This document shows positions 37,436-50,888 of a stretch of 64,000 nt of DNA, in pieces. The notes beneath the pieces are model-generated. The model made no database searches, was not told where the DNA came from, and saw only the letters and a list, made by a program, of their open reading frames with translations. A program made the position numbers and the translations under genes. This DNA comes from Guillardia theta CCMP2712 (Eukaryota; Protista; Cryptophyta). Location: positions 201,113 through 265,112 of the forward strand of contig NW_005434641.1 of assembly GCF_000315625.1 (NCBI RefSeq). The letters run 5' to 3'. How positions within the stretch are numbered: position 1 is the stretch's first letter; each line of letters begins with the position of its first letter.

Positions 37436-39644
37436 ATGGCGAGCGGGGAGTATGAGCTCCGAGTCGCGATGGATCGAGCGACGTCGATGAGGAGGAAGAG
37501 AGAGCTGCTGCATCGCTACAACATGGCAGTCATGCATGCCTCTCCTGCCATGGAAGTGATCAAGAGCTTCAGAGAACGATCTGAAAAGGAACCCACACAA
37601 AACTGGGGGAGAGAGTTCGTCGAACGAGTTCGAAGCTTCATGCCGGTTGTCGGCGCTGCAGGCGATCGACTTGCACACCTTTGTCTGTTTGCCGGGGCTG
37701 AAGAGATCTTCTACTTCCTGCTGGGCTCAGAGTTCTGTGATGCTTTCGGTGCCAGTGCCGCCATGGCCGATGATTTGACGCCTTGGGAAAGTCGAATGAA
37801 CTTTGAGCGAGAAGGAGATGTAGGGCTGTACACAGGCATGACGTGCCTGCATATTGCTATCATCCAAGGGAACAATCGTTTGACCCACACCCTTCTGGAT
37901 AAGTTTCCCGAACTAGCTTTGAGGGGTTTAGAGGGGGTCGCGTTCAAGCCATGCAGGTGGATCAAACGCGGGGAGGCAGAGACATGGAGAGGATGGCGGT
38001 CTCTGCTGAGAGGACGATGGGGTCACAGCAACATACAAGTGAATCTGATGTCCTCTTTTGACCTCGGAAACACAACAATGTCGTTGGCCGTGTGCAGGGG
38101 AGATCAGGTGTTGTGTGAGAGGGTTGCTGCTGCGATGCCGGACGTTACTCTAGACGACATGGCTCGCCAGCAGGATTGCGCCGGCAACACAATCTTGCAC
38201 AAAGTCGTGCAGTTCAGGAAGCATGACGTTCTGAGATGGTTGCTCACGGTTGTGTCTGATAGACGGTGTTGGGAGATGGAGAACAATGAGGGGCTCACGC
38301 CTTTGACGCTTGCTGCAATCCTCGGATTCAACGATGTGCTTCATAGCATGTTAACAACATCTTTGTACTGCCGAAGCATCAACCTTGACTTCGCGTCTCA
38401 CGTCGATATCTGCTGCGATCGTCTGGTTATGTCAGGACGAGGCGGCCAAGGAAAGCAACCCATCAATTTGCTCGACTGCTCCGTGTTAGCTGGAGTAGAA
38501 AACTATCAAGGCAACTTGCTAGTACAAGAATTCGTGAAGGAGAACTGGAGAAAGTACGGAGTCAAGGCATATCTCAAACTTGTTCTTCTGCCATTTCTTC
38601 TCGTCACGATTCTCGCCCATGTCCTGTTTGCGCTGCGAGCCCACGAAGTACAACGAAACTGGTTGAATGCATGGGCGAACAACTGCACGGCCAACGTGAC
38701 GTACAGGCTGGAGTGTGCGAGGGAGAGCTACAGCGAGACATATGGCAGACTCTCTTGGACCAAGAATTTCTCCTCACTATCGGCAGTGGATAAACTTGGG
38801 GCGGCCGTCTTTGTGTATGAGTTGTTGGCTACAGGAATCTGCAGCTTCTGGTGTTTTGCCTTCTTCTACCTCGCCCTACTGACCTACATGAGAAACAACT
38901 TGAAGTTTTGTTTGAGGAGCCTCGACTGGAGATCCTCCTTCATCGTCGTCTTCCCCGCCTTCCTCGGTCTGGGTTGCGGCGTGACGTTCCTTGCTGCTTT
39001 CATCTCGCGGTTGTGCGAGAGAGAGACTCTGGAGCTCGACTTCTTGAGAAGCTCAGCTGTACTCCTGGGCTCACTCGCAGTGTTCTTGATGGTTCCCTTC
39101 AGATACCTTGGAAGGATCGTGCTGGTCGTGTGCGATGTTTGCCTTGACGCTCTCGCCCCCTGCCTCACCCTCTTCCTCCTCTCCGCTCTCGCTTTCTCCT
39201 TGGCCTCTTTCGCCCTCTCCGTCAACTTGTTTGAATCTAGCGTGCCCTATTCGGAAATCGTCTACACGTTGTTCTATGTAAGAGGCCCCATCAATGATCC
39301 TTGACAATGACATGTCCCAGGTTTCTTTGGGCTACTTTGATGTTCTGGGAAAGTCAAGCCTGATCGCTGAGACACGAACACGGTGGATTGGCATCATCTT
39401 GGCCATCTTGTTCATCTTCCTCAACTGCCTCATCTTCTTGGCGTTGTTGGTGTCATTCATGTTCAAAGCTTTCAGCAACCAGGAGCAGCAGGCGCAGGCT
39501 CGACATTCTTACGTCCAGGCGCAGATTCTGCTGAGCCTCGGACAGCACATGACGCTGCCTGCCAAGGAGAAACTGCGAAAGATACACCGGATCCCTCGCG
39601 CCGCCATGGGGCTGGGCATGTCACACAACGAGGTTATTTACTAG
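37436..39644 (+). CDS. TRPV-like ankyrin-repeat cation channel
   Basis: Ankyrin repeats with TRPV-type motifs (YTGMTCLHIAI, LGNTTMSLAVC, QDCAGNTILH, NNEGLTPLTLAA), about 6 hydrophobic helices, pore-like YTLFY/VSLGYFD and S6 IFLNCLIFLALLVSFM. One short intron at ~39277-39320. Confidence 0.85.
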
Positions 39645-39782
39645 TTCAAAGACTGTCAGCAGTTTTCCTCTCGATTTCTGCGTATCCGCTCAATCGCACG
39701 TGGCGCTAAAGCCAGAGGGGTGCACGCGGGGATGGTGGTAGCTGCAGCTGGTCTCAGCGATCGATCTCGCACGCCCCAGGAC

Positions 39783-40958
39783 TCACCGGAACCCATCGAT
39801 GTGGCAGACTCGCTTCAACAGCAGCATCTCATAGCCGCATTCCTGCCCGCGTACGTCAGCTTCCGAATCGTTAGCTCACACATCGGCCTACCCTCTCGAC
39901 CTTGGCGGCGATCGTCGCGTCGCATTTCTCCAAAAGATCGGAGTAGCTCTCGAAAGCGCTCTTGATACGAGCCTCCCATGCCTGCATTCGCGTCAGCCCG
40001 TCACTTCATTCGAGCGGTTCGGCTTCACAGGCTGGAAGGCCTCAGGCTTGTTGTCGCCATCTCCTGTCGTTCCAAGGTCCTCCATGAGCTGCATGAAAAA
40101 GAGGATCAGGAGGTCACATGAAGGTCAACGAAAATGTAGAAGTTGAAAGCATCCTACCATTCTCAAATCGTGAGCCTCGGCCGCGAGCTTGTCACTCTCA
40201 ATCGCAGCGTACAGCTTGTGCTCTGCTGCCTCGACAGTGGAGACAAGCTTCTTCTCGCGCTAAGTAAAGAGTGAGCAGCAGTCTCTCCACGCATGCTCTG
40301 ACCTCGGCAACTTGTGCCTCTTCGTCATTCAGGCTATTCACGAGGTCTCTTCCCCTGCCAATGCCTTCTGCTATTTTCTCCAGGTCATCAGCATCCATGT
40401 TCTTCCAATGCACTGTCACACAGCAAAAATGTCATCTTCAGCAGCTCTCTAAGGTTTTCGAGCTCACAGCCCATGATGGTAGTATCCATCTTCCTCACGA
40501 CGTTGAGGACATCATCACTTTGTCTGGAACGTTTCCATCAGTCTTCTCTAGCCCATTCCCCGTCATTGGACCTCAACAAAACATCAAACGAAGAGCTGAA
40601 GAATCTCTGGTGGGCGATGCGTGGAAAAGTCTGGATGGCAGGTGCTTTCACCCTGGCAGCCGCAACTGAAAGAAAAGCACGAAGTTAATCTACCATGCGG
40701 TTTGCGCCACCTTGAGAAATACAGGATTCCACCCTTGAGCAGGGGCGAGATACGGGTGGACAGGAAAAGACATGACGACAAAGGAGGATAATTCCAAGTA
40801 GGCCTCAGGCAAAAAGCAAAGAGATAGGAGGAGAGAGGGACGGAACGATGGGATAAAGGAATGTAGGAGGAGGAGGAGGAGGAGGAGGAGGAGGGTAAAC
40901 GAAATTCTGTTCGACCTCGGGCTGCAGGCAGCGCGCTAGCAAAGACGCGGCGGAGCAT
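39783..40958 (-). CDS. Multi-exon hypothetical protein, probably mitochondrial
   Basis: MLRRVFASALPAARG... and ...RIAHQRFFSSS presequence-like exons, then helical exons (HWKNMDADDLEKIAEG..., AWEARIKSAFESY). Confidence 0.5.
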
Positions 40959-41608
40959 GAGGAGGCGCTGAAGCGACTGTAAAGGGTGGGGTATATTAGG
41001 GGAATAAGGGGGGTGGAGAGGTTCGAAGATGATGCGGTACGGGTCGTTTTCCTACCCCATGACAGGTGGGGGTGATGTTGAAACTTTGAAGAGGGTAGGG
41101 GTGTAGTACAGGATTTTTCCGCCATTGCAAACTATTTTGATAAATATTTGTAAATAAGTATTTAAAATTTCAAAATAGAGATATGTTTTTCAAAATATAT
41201 CTTCAAAAATGTATTTTCATGTTGGAGGCGTATCGCTTGGTACTTTTGTTACCTACCAACCAACGGATGTACATAGTACCCCTTATTATACCCTCAAAAG
41301 TACCCCCCCTTTCGTAGTATGTCAGCCTCCACCAGCGGGACACCCACCCTACCTACTCTATAGCCCCCATCCCCCCATCAACCCTCTCAACAGATCTATA
41401 ACGGAAAATCAACGGTCCCGATTGATTGATCGCCGAACTCTTCAGTCCTGCGCACTGCACCATGCGACAAGGCGTGCGAGGCCGAGGGAGGGAAGTGGAG
41501 GGAGGAGGTGAGGGAGGAGGAGGAAGGAGAGGCGGGAGCAACCAAGAGACATCAGGGGGGACTGACCTGGTCCCGGATGTCACCCCACAGAAGCCCTGGC
41601 CTCGGAAG

Positions 41609-44600
41609 ATGCAAACACGAGCGATGGATCATGCTGATCCCAGCGCGACAACTGCCGCCATCGGTGACAGACTCTGTGCCAACAGCCCCAGCAGCAGCTC
41701 GCCAGGAGTCTTCAACGGCAGCCAGCATGATGAAAGTTGGCAGGCATTGAAGAGATCGCTACGGGTGTGCGAGCAGGAGAAGGCTATTCTAGCAGGGCAG
41801 GTGGATGGTCTGACAAGCGCACTGGAGGAAGCGAACAAGCTCTACTTGGCCACTCTCAATGACTCGAGACGCCTCAAGCACGAGCTGGAAGAAGCCTCCT
41901 ATGCCAGCAGGAAAGTAGATGCTCTGACTCTGGAGCTGAACAAGTCCAAGAAGTAAGTCAGCCTTCATGTTCGACATCTCGTTCTCTGACATCTTGACGA
42001 AGATTGCTGATATCAAACATGGACACGATCGAGTCGTGGAGGGAGCAGAGTGCACAGAAAGATGAAGAGATCGACCTTTTGCGTGCTCAGATCGATGCTC
42101 TCAAGAAGAGGATGAAGAGAGAGTCTTTGGAAGAGATTTCTGCTTCTCATGTGCAGTATGATGACGTCATATCACTTGTTGAAGCGAGAGTGGACAGTCT
42201 CCTTCAGACCACCTTCCTGGCGAAACAGCGATGTGACATGATGCAGGACAAGGTTGACCGCTATGAAGCAGGCTGCGCCGGATGGAACGAGGAGAGGATG
42301 CGGCTGCGGGAAGACGTGTGCGAGCTCGAGGCCACGAATGCTTCGCTGTATCAAGAGATCGCGGCCAAGGGACTTGAGAAGAAGAAACTTGGCGAGCAGA
42401 TCAAGATGATGGAATTGCAGTTAGAGACGTTGAAGGTACAGGAGGAGGAGAGTGGAAGGCAGAGGGTGGAACGGGAAAGCGAGCAAGCAGACCTTGTGCT
42501 GCAGCTGGAGGATGCAGCAGCTAAGATCGAGTTCCTTGAGAGTGTGATGGCAGAGAAGGAGGAGTGCTTAGAAGCTGCGCTCAAGACTTGCAGCGCTTCA
42601 CAGGTGAACAGGAGAAGGATGACCGGTGTGGAGGATGAATGCAGCATGTGCAGGAGGCTCTCAAGGAGAACGCGAGGGCTTCACGGATGGAATGTCAGGA
42701 GCTCCGCGATCAGCTGCAGACGATGACGGGCGAGCTGGAAGCTGCGTGGGAGCGGATGAAAATGTCGATGAAGCAAGAGCAAGAGAGCAGGGAGGAGATG
42801 CGGAGGGTTGTGAAGGAGGGAGACGAACTCCGTGAGGCTCTTGCCAGGATGAGCGATGCTGAGAAGAGGATAAGAGAGTGTGCGCAGAGGATCCTTGACG
42901 AGACGATCTCGTCGCAGGGAGACTTGTCAGAGGTTGCGGAGCTCTTGCAGCTTCTCCATCGGGAACACGAGCAGCTCTTGGAGGGCGTGCGATCGGACGT
43001 GACCTGCGTCGTTGAGGAGATGTGGACGATTGTAAGCTCGTGGCCTCAGATCTATGATGGCTCCTCCTCTCCCTTCCTTGCCTGACTTGAGCATGTCAGG
43101 GTGAGCAGATGAAGAGGTTGCAACGTGACACGGAGGACATGCAGGGCGATATCGATGTGTACAATGAGCAAGTAGAAGAGCTGAACAGAAATGTTATGCA
43201 AGATGCCAAGAGAAAAGTGGTGATTGAAGAGACTGGAAGGAAGGGGAGGAGGATGAGGAGAGGGGGGAGAGTGGAGAGGAGGGAATGGGTGGAATGACCT
43301 AGAAGGCAGGAGTTGGAGGCCGCATGCAAACTTAAAGATGAAATGTACTCTCACTTGGAAGAAGAAAATCGAAGTCTCCGCCAAAGACTCTTTGATGCCA
43401 TGGAGAAAGTGGCGGCAATGCAACAAGTTTCGATCTCCAACTGTCTGATAGGCTTTGCAGGAGCAGGAGCGCACCGGTGATGAGCACCTGCAAAGGACCG
43501 GTCTTGCATCCCCTCCCACGCTGCCTGCGGTTCTGCTGACAACGATCTTGCTTGTGTCAGGTAGTGTCAGGCAGCAAGTGCCTGCGAGTCAAGGCAGAGG
43601 AGCGACAAGAACTTTGAGTCATCGGGCCATCGCGTGCGAGGCCGCGGGGGACACGAGCTTGGACCTCAAGTTCGAGTCACAGGATGCGGATCAGAGCTGC
43701 TGGGACCCCTCCTGGGACCCTTCCTGGACCCTCCCCTCCACTCCTCCTGGCCTCTTGAAGCTGGGAAAGAGCACCGGAGAGTCGCTGCTCCTCTCCTCGC
43801 GTCCTATGGACTTCAACCAACGAAGTGCCGCCCACATCACCCAGGCTATGACAGGAGAAGAGCTGAGCACAGGAGCAGCAGGGGCAGGAGCAGGGAAGGA
43901 GGTAGGAGGATCGACAGGGGGGGGAGGGGCAGCAAGGGAAGAGCTGATGATGGTGATGGTGGAGGAACAGCTCCACTACTCAGAGTGCCAGTTGTCGTTC
44001 TGCGAATTAGCCATGAGCAACCTGCAGCTGGAGCTGGAGGATTTCGTGATGCATGAGAGGCTGAGAAGACAAATCGCAGAAGAAGCTCTGCAGCAGCTGG
44101 AGGCAGAAGTTGATAACTACGTGCAGAGGTGGAACAACAGGCGGAGGGATGGAAGGCTGGGCGGGGGAGGGAGGAGGGGATGGGAGCGAGGTATCGTGAC
44201 TGGTCGTACAGGGCAGAGGACCTGCAACAAGACCTTGAGCGTGCAAGTGCGAGCTATCGAGAGATGAGAAGCGAGCACGAGAAGGAGAGGGAACAATGGT
44301 ATGAGGAGATAATGGAGCGGAAGCAGGAGATGATGGGTTGACGAAGGTTTTCTCATGCTGAGGACGTGAATCATGGGCTGAAGATGCTTGAGCTTGTCCT
44401 GGACAAGATCGACCTGTCGTTGCTGACAGGTCAAACAAGATTGACATGCCAGAATGTCCACCAGCAGGAAAACTCGACAGAGCAAATGAAACAATTCAAG
44501 CGGCCCGTGCGCTTCTCTTGTCTTGTTGTTCCCACCATTGAAAGATCCTCTTTTCAGCCCATCCGACTTAACGCTGCCCCTTCACACGTCGTCTCCTCCT

Positions 44601-45963
44601 ACTCGCTTGTTGTTGCTGAGCTCCAGCAGGTGTGCTCTTTCACGCTCTCCTTTCTCGTGACCTCCTCGCTCACTTGCAGGCGTTGAAGATCAGAAAGAGT
44701 TCGACCTCGACAGACTTGGAGGAACTAAGAGACCCTGCCGTTGTTCCTCCTCCACCACCACCACCTTCTGCTCCTGCCCAGCAGGACTCCAAGTGGGCAT
44801 CTCCCAGCTCGACGATCGCAAGAAGGAGATCAACGAAGCTCAACGACCGCAAGGGAGATGTCAAGGGAGACGGAGAGAACTTTCAAGTCTTGATGGTGAG
44901 ACTGAGGGAGATGAGCATGCTCAAAGAGAAGCTGTCTCTGTTCGCTCGATCCCTCGTACAGGTGAGGTCGGAGGCAGCAGGGAAGCTGCTGATGGGCTGC
45001 AGGACTTGACGGAGGTCTCGAGCATCGCTTGCCTCCTCTCTGACGCTCTCCTGCGAGAGCTACGTTCTCGTCCTTCACTGCAGTCTTGTCTGCAAGAGAG
45101 AAACAAGTGGAAGCAAGTCGCCAAGGAACACGAGCTGGTCTGCACAGCACAGCTTGCAAGCAGGTGATGCTGGCCTGCTGGCCTGACCCTCCATCCTGCC
45201 ACCATCCCCTCCTCTCTCGCTCTCTTCCTCCTTTCTCGCTCCCTTCCTCCTCTCTCACTCCCCTCCTCTACCCCTCTCATCCTCTACCCCTCCCCACCTC
45301 TCTCCCTCCCCTCTTCTCTCGCTCTCCTCCTCTCTCACTCCCCTGCAAGGTGCGCGGTCCTCGAAGACATCTCCCACACCATCGCTTTCACCATGGACCA
45401 GCTGACCCGTCAGCTGGACATACCCAGCAGCCGCCTCAGCTACGACGAGCAGCCTTACAAGTCGCCGGAAGGTCGCGTGCGAGCGCTGCAAGCTCTCTTG
45501 CAGAGAACAGCAGAAAGTGCGAGCAAGGTGAGGAGCAGAAGCAGGGAGGAGATGGGGGCGGTGAAAGAGAGAGTGTGGATGGCGAAGTGGAAACTCGCTG
45601 ACTCGCTGCAGACGGCCTTGACAGCGCTTGTGCGTGAGCTTGAACAGCAGAAGAAGATTAGAGTGAGACGCGAGAAGGGGGAGGATCAGCTTTGAGTTGC
45701 ACTGCAGGAGCTCTTGTCGGACAGAGAGATGCTACTGGAGGATTTGGGTCACTTGCGTACAAAATGCGCGAATCTGGAGGTGATGTTTGCCATGTAAAGA
45801 GGGGATGGTGATGATGTGGATGGTTTGCATTTGATGAGAAGAAATTTGCCAATGATGCGCACGAACTAAACTGTTGAGGGTTGATCGCTTGTTGATGTAG
45901 GGATATCGAGACCATCTCGAGCAGTCGATCTTCTTAAACCTGGAAAGTTGTGACCGTCGATGA
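41609..45963 (+). CDS. Large multi-exon coiled-coil protein
   Basis: Successive E/K/L/Q-rich heptad ORFs (41426.., 42004.., 42639.., 43455.., 44632.., 45393..) linked by short introns. 3' end approximate. Confidence 0.65.
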
Positions 45964-46125
45964 CCTCTGATACATGTTAGATGGGATGTGAGAGACTCGC
46001 ATATGTGATTAAAGATGTTGTTAAAGCTTTTTGATATTCTTGATTGATCAACTTCAACCATGTCCATGTGCCAGCTAACACCCACGGATTAAGATCTGTT
46101 CTCGACGTCTCCTTGCTCTCCCACG

Positions 46126-46806
46126 CTATCGATACTTGTTTTTCAGGCTCATCGCCTCCTCCTGCGCTTGGGAAGCTGCTTCCGAAAGGATGTTTGAAGG
46201 AGTCTTTCGGCAGAGGTCCACCAGAATGGTGTCGTAGGTAGGGGCAAAGGACCGCATCTTGCTGCTCGCCCACACAGTATCTCCTGGTCCCTGTCCCAAC
46301 ATGCGCTCTGACATGTCGCTGCTTCCCGAGTTCCGCATCCTCGCGGTCTTGGCGTCTGTCTGTCGCAGAAATCTCATCTGCACCTGCAAGTTCAAATCAC
46401 CAGGATGGACGAGAGTATGTCTCTTACCCAGCTGTCTTTCTCACCAAGGAGCAGCTTGTGTATTTCTTCCAGTGGCAAGCTTTCTACGCTCTGCCCCTGA
46501 ACTGAAGAGAGAATATCTTGCAAGCAATCGGCTCAGCAAACAACATGACATTGGGCAACACCTACCTCCATCTCGCACTAGCCCGCACTCATATGCGCTG
46601 CTGTCCTTGACAAAGCTAGAAACAATCATCTTGCCATCCCGAGTGGTTCGAAATACAAGACCCACACCATGCAGATTGCTTGTCCTTTCATCCCTATTGT
46701 TTTCATTTCTACCAACCACCGTCATCACCGGGACGCTATCGCGATCTCCCGTCCGAGATTCGCAGCATTGTACACAGCCAGGGTCAGAAGAAACCGAGTT
46801 GCCCAT
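46126..46806 (-). CDS. PDZ-domain protein, possibly N-myristoylated/palmitoylated
   Basis: MGNSVSSDPGCVQCC N-terminus; GVGLVFR...MIVSSFVKDSSAYECGLVRDG PDZ core; LPLEEIHKLLLGEKDS; ends ...KNKYR*. Confidence 0.75.
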
Positions 46807-47176
46807 CCTAAGCAGTGAAAGCAAACTCGTTGAAGTTTTGGAGCTCAATGGAACGTAAAAATGAGCAGACACAGGCAGCAGAGACTGGAAATGCCTCAGG
46901 TGCTCGTTCAACTTCACGAATAATCTAGCCAACACAACCGTCTCACCAGCCAAAAACAATACTCTAGAGCATAAACATCGACATGGTTGGTGCAACTTCG
47001 CTTTGCCAGTCAAATTTGAAGTCTGACTTGTATGTGTAGTAGGCTCGCCGTTGCCACCCTCTATGTTTCAAGGGAATGCTCGTTTCCTGTTGACCGTTCC
47101 CCTCTTCAGTGACGACTTGGAGATACTTGCAGGCTTGCAAGCATTCGCTCTTATCTCGTTTTCTTGATCTTGTATT

Positions 47177-47232
47177 CTCCTCCTCTCCTCTCCTCTCCTC
47201 TCCTCTCCTCTCCTCTCCTCTCCTCTCCTCTC
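47177..47232 (+). repeat. (CTCCT)n microsatellite
   Basis: About 11 CTCCT units. Confidence 0.9.
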
Positions 47233-47719
47233 CTCTCCTCTCCTCTCCTCTCTTATGCTCTATACCCTGCGCTTGGCATGCTGCATCGAAGCCCTTCCGC
47301 ACACGCCCACCCCACTTACCTTCGGATCCGCACCCTCACGCTGAACTACCCACTTTGCATATTGAAAACATTTGATCAAAGACTAGGTGGGTAGTAGTAC
47401 CCACCCCGTCAGTTTCTGCACGACTCTCTGAACTTCGAAGTCTTCAGTCCGACATTCGGATCATCGGATCGGAGACTCGCAGTGCCGGGCCGGCGGCCGG
47501 GCCGCCCGGCGGGTCACCGGGAGTCGCAGTGATCACCGGGCCGTGCCACTGCGGCGTCGGAGCCGCGCGCACTGGCACTGCGGCCCGCCGCAGGACTCCG
47601 TCCCCGGGGCCCGGGAGTCCGACACAGTACTGATCGGGGGGGGCGCCTTGCCACTGAGGCAAAGACGGCCTGGCGGGCGGCCCCGAGGGCCGGCCGGCCC
47701 GGCTCTCGCGGCGGGGAGT

Positions 47720-47818
47720 CCTGATTGTCCTCGTACTGAGTTTTAACTTAACTTTGAGTAAAGATATCCAAGACTTGACCGTCACATCTTTACTCAAAGT
47801 TAAGTTAAAACTCAGTAC
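47720..47818. repeat. Two inverted truncated copies of the dispersed repeat forming a 33-bp perfect hairpin
   Basis: 47733-47765 GTACTGAGTTTTAACTTAACTTTGAGTAAAGAT is the exact reverse complement of 47786-47818, with a 20-nt spacer. Confidence 0.95.
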
Positions 47819-48884
47819 TTTACGGAAACAGGGGTGAACAAGGTGGGGTGGTATCGAGAGAAAGGATATGCGCTGGATATGGGGGGTACATGGACCTTGT
47901 TGTAATACTACCACTACTATACTATGCTACCCCATCACCCCTAGCAGCCTCTAGCCCAATGGACGTCGGATGACACCACCCTACCTTCCAACAACACCCA
48001 CGCACGCGACCCACCCCCCAGAAACCTTTCGAACTCCTTTCTTTCTCCACCGGCAGTTTCTCGGTGTGTACCACCCTACCCTTTTTACTATATGAGTTCA
48101 ATGGGACCACCGGTAGTAATTGAGTCTACCACCCTACATCATTTTCTTGGCTCCTACCCTACCGTGGTTTCCCTCCAGGAACAATGGTAAACCCACCCCT
48201 TCTGCATGTGATTTCTCAGCGAGACACTACCCCCCATTGCATATCATTATCGTCCTACCCCCCATTTCGACTTCTTGTTTCATTTTATCTACCCCTCCCG
48301 TTCTATGAGAAAGGTACCACCTACCCTTCCCACAGCATCTCTCCCCTCACATTCAATGGCTTGGCACGGGGAAGCGAAGTTGCCATCATCAATGCTCTCA
48401 CATGAAAGTAGCTGCTTAGGCATGTAGTGAACGCGGTGGATCAGATGAGCTCATTCTTTTACTCCTTCTCATTTGGTTTGAGATATGTGCTTTTCCTGCA
48501 GGGGTCTCTGACATCTGTCTGTTATGTTCGCACAGTCATGTCCAGGAACACTCCATGATTTGAGATTTGTTCCAAACATCCAGCTGTTGCATAATTGTTA
48601 TGATAGCGTTCAACTTGACAAATTAGACAGCACACCTATAACACAAACGATTGAAACCTTAGATATGTTATTCTGTGCGATATTGTGTGAATTTAGTGGG
48701 CTCGTACTTGTGAAATTGTTTTGATATGTTGTAGTCCATCACAAGTACAACAGATGGAGTTTGTTTATAGGGAATGATGCCATGATGGTCTAAGCAAGAA
48801 GCATGAAGTTGATTCAATGTGCAGGTCTGAGACACTCACAAGACCTTCCAAGACTCTTGAAACAGATTACATCAGCGAAAGGAA

Positions 48885-49496
48885 ATGAACAACAACAATG
48901 TCAGAACAGGGCAGTTTACACCACATTCTCCCTTGCAGACACCGAACAATCAAGGCGGACACGCTAAAGAACTCTTTACTCATGCGGCTTCTTCCGTCAC
49001 AAGACTGTATCGTTCCCCCGATCGCTCGCATTTTGCCCTTGCAGCGAATGCCGTAACTGCCTTGTACCGTGAAGGTGAAATGGAAATGAACCGATCGTAC
49101 AACAGAGGGTACGTAGATCACAATTTGACTTGCAGCATAATAATCTGATTTCTCGGTAGGGCAAGGGACAGCTTGCGTGAATGTTTGGAATGGGTGATGA
49201 GACAGGGGCCGTACATCGATAGTTCGCAGATGACGCACTTGCTCAAGCAGCAGATTGCACTCTATTCAAGCAAAGTGTTTGATTCTGAACAAGTTAACAG
49301 CAACCTACTTTCAGCTGATGATCCTGATTTTGATGAATCCAACGAAGAACCTCGGGAGACAATCTTGAGAAGGGCAGTGGATGAAATACCAGCTGAATTC
49401 CAAAGAAAACGTCGCATTGATGATGATCTTGAATTTGATGAAACCCTGAGCCAACAACTTCCACAGTTATGGCCCAGAAAACTTGCCCGGCGGTGA
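48885..49496 (+). CDS. HAPSTR1/C16orf72 (DUF4588)-like protein
   Basis: Two exons (intron ~49109-49158). Duplicated motif ELFTHAASSVTRLYR / FALAANAVTALYRE, then RSYNRG, LEWV..., and a C-terminal RKRR. Resembles the FxxAAxxVxxLY pair of HAPSTR1, recognised from memory. Confidence 0.65.
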
Positions 49497-50355
49497 TGGA
49501 TTGGATGATATTTCGAAGCATTACAAAGGCTTGTATGATTTGCAAGGTATTTATTTTAGATTAGCATCACGACAAATACAAAAAAAATTTACTTGGATTG
49601 GTCTGAATTTCTTTCTTTGGCTGTGATTGCACCACAACTCTGACCTGCGACTGCGTCTGTTACTACGCACTTGAACATTTCCGCCATTGCAAAACTCAAC
49701 TGCTACTCCAGGGGGTAAATTGCAGTAAAAGTAGGGGGTGGGTAGCAACCTCTATTTTGGGGGGATGGCGCACCGGTGCGATGAGCGGTTGAGACGGAGT
49801 GAGAAAGAAGTTACAGGTGAAGCAGAAGAGGTTGAAGGCAGGAACTAGATGGGATGAGAAGATTCTGCTTCTACAGTTAGCACTTGAGTAGCAGAGATGG
49901 TGTTGTGGAGAAGAAAGCGAAGGTTGGACACTACCCCTAACACAACACCAGAGGTCAAGGGAAGTCGAGATGAGCTAAAGACGCAGCAGATACGATCATC
50001 TCATAACTAGTTGACAGCAGCATGATAGTGAGAGAACACACGGGTGCTCCGTGAGTCTGCGGTCCAAACTCACAACTTCGATCTACAGGAAGACTGTTGA
50101 GCTGCCTAAAACATTACATTTGATGTAGGCTTAACGAAGGCATATTTTTGTTTCACTTTTGAGAAGGGATGTGAGACCTTAGCAAAAAGATCATTCTGCT
50201 GCAGGACAGTTTGCTGGAAGTCAAGAAAGGAGTTTGCGTTGTGTTTGAATCTGCCTAAGCTGCTTGTCTAATGTCATAACAAGGAGGAGACAACCTTCCG
50301 ATTTAAATCATGATCACTTTTCTTGACTGCTCTGGGCCTGATGATTTCCTCTCAG

Positions 50356-50723
50356 GAAATGTTCCAGTTGATCCAATCCTTCCATCACCTGAGACAATCA
50401 CTGGAGGCTACTTATGTGCATCCTGCTGATGAGGGTTACATCGGAGCAGAGGAGAATTGGGAGTATGTGAACAAGTACGTTCAACCTGTAAGTTTTTTTC
50501 GTCTCCACGTGTTGTCTCTGAATTGCAACAGTGCTATGCTCCCACCTGGTCGGAGGCTACCACTGAACCGTGCTCTTGGACGCCGGTCATCCCTACAAGT
50601 GCATCTGACTTCCACTGGGCTGGCTACAGGTCTTGTTCGTCTGCCTTCATCTCCTGCCTGACCCTGCAGCAGGTCCAGCACTCAGACTGGGCCGATGATG
50701 AACTGAAGAGGGAAAGACGTTGA
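50356..50723 (+). CDS. 3' exons of a hypothetical protein (5' exons probably at 49765-50300)
   Basis: Exons EMFQLIQSFHHLRQSLEATY...YVQP, CYAPTWSEA...WAGYR and VQHSDWADDELKRERR* with GT-AG introns. Confidence 0.4.
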
Positions 50724-50888
50724 GAAGCTTCAACGGGCCTCGGACCCGAATTTTTGTTTTATTAAAAGCCGATAGGGAGAGTGCGTGTGAGAGACAGCGA
50801 AGAAGAGAAGGGGAGGGGAGGAGAGAGAAAAAAGGAGGGCAGAGAAGAGAGACGGAGACAGAGAAGAGAGACAGAGACAGAGACAGAG

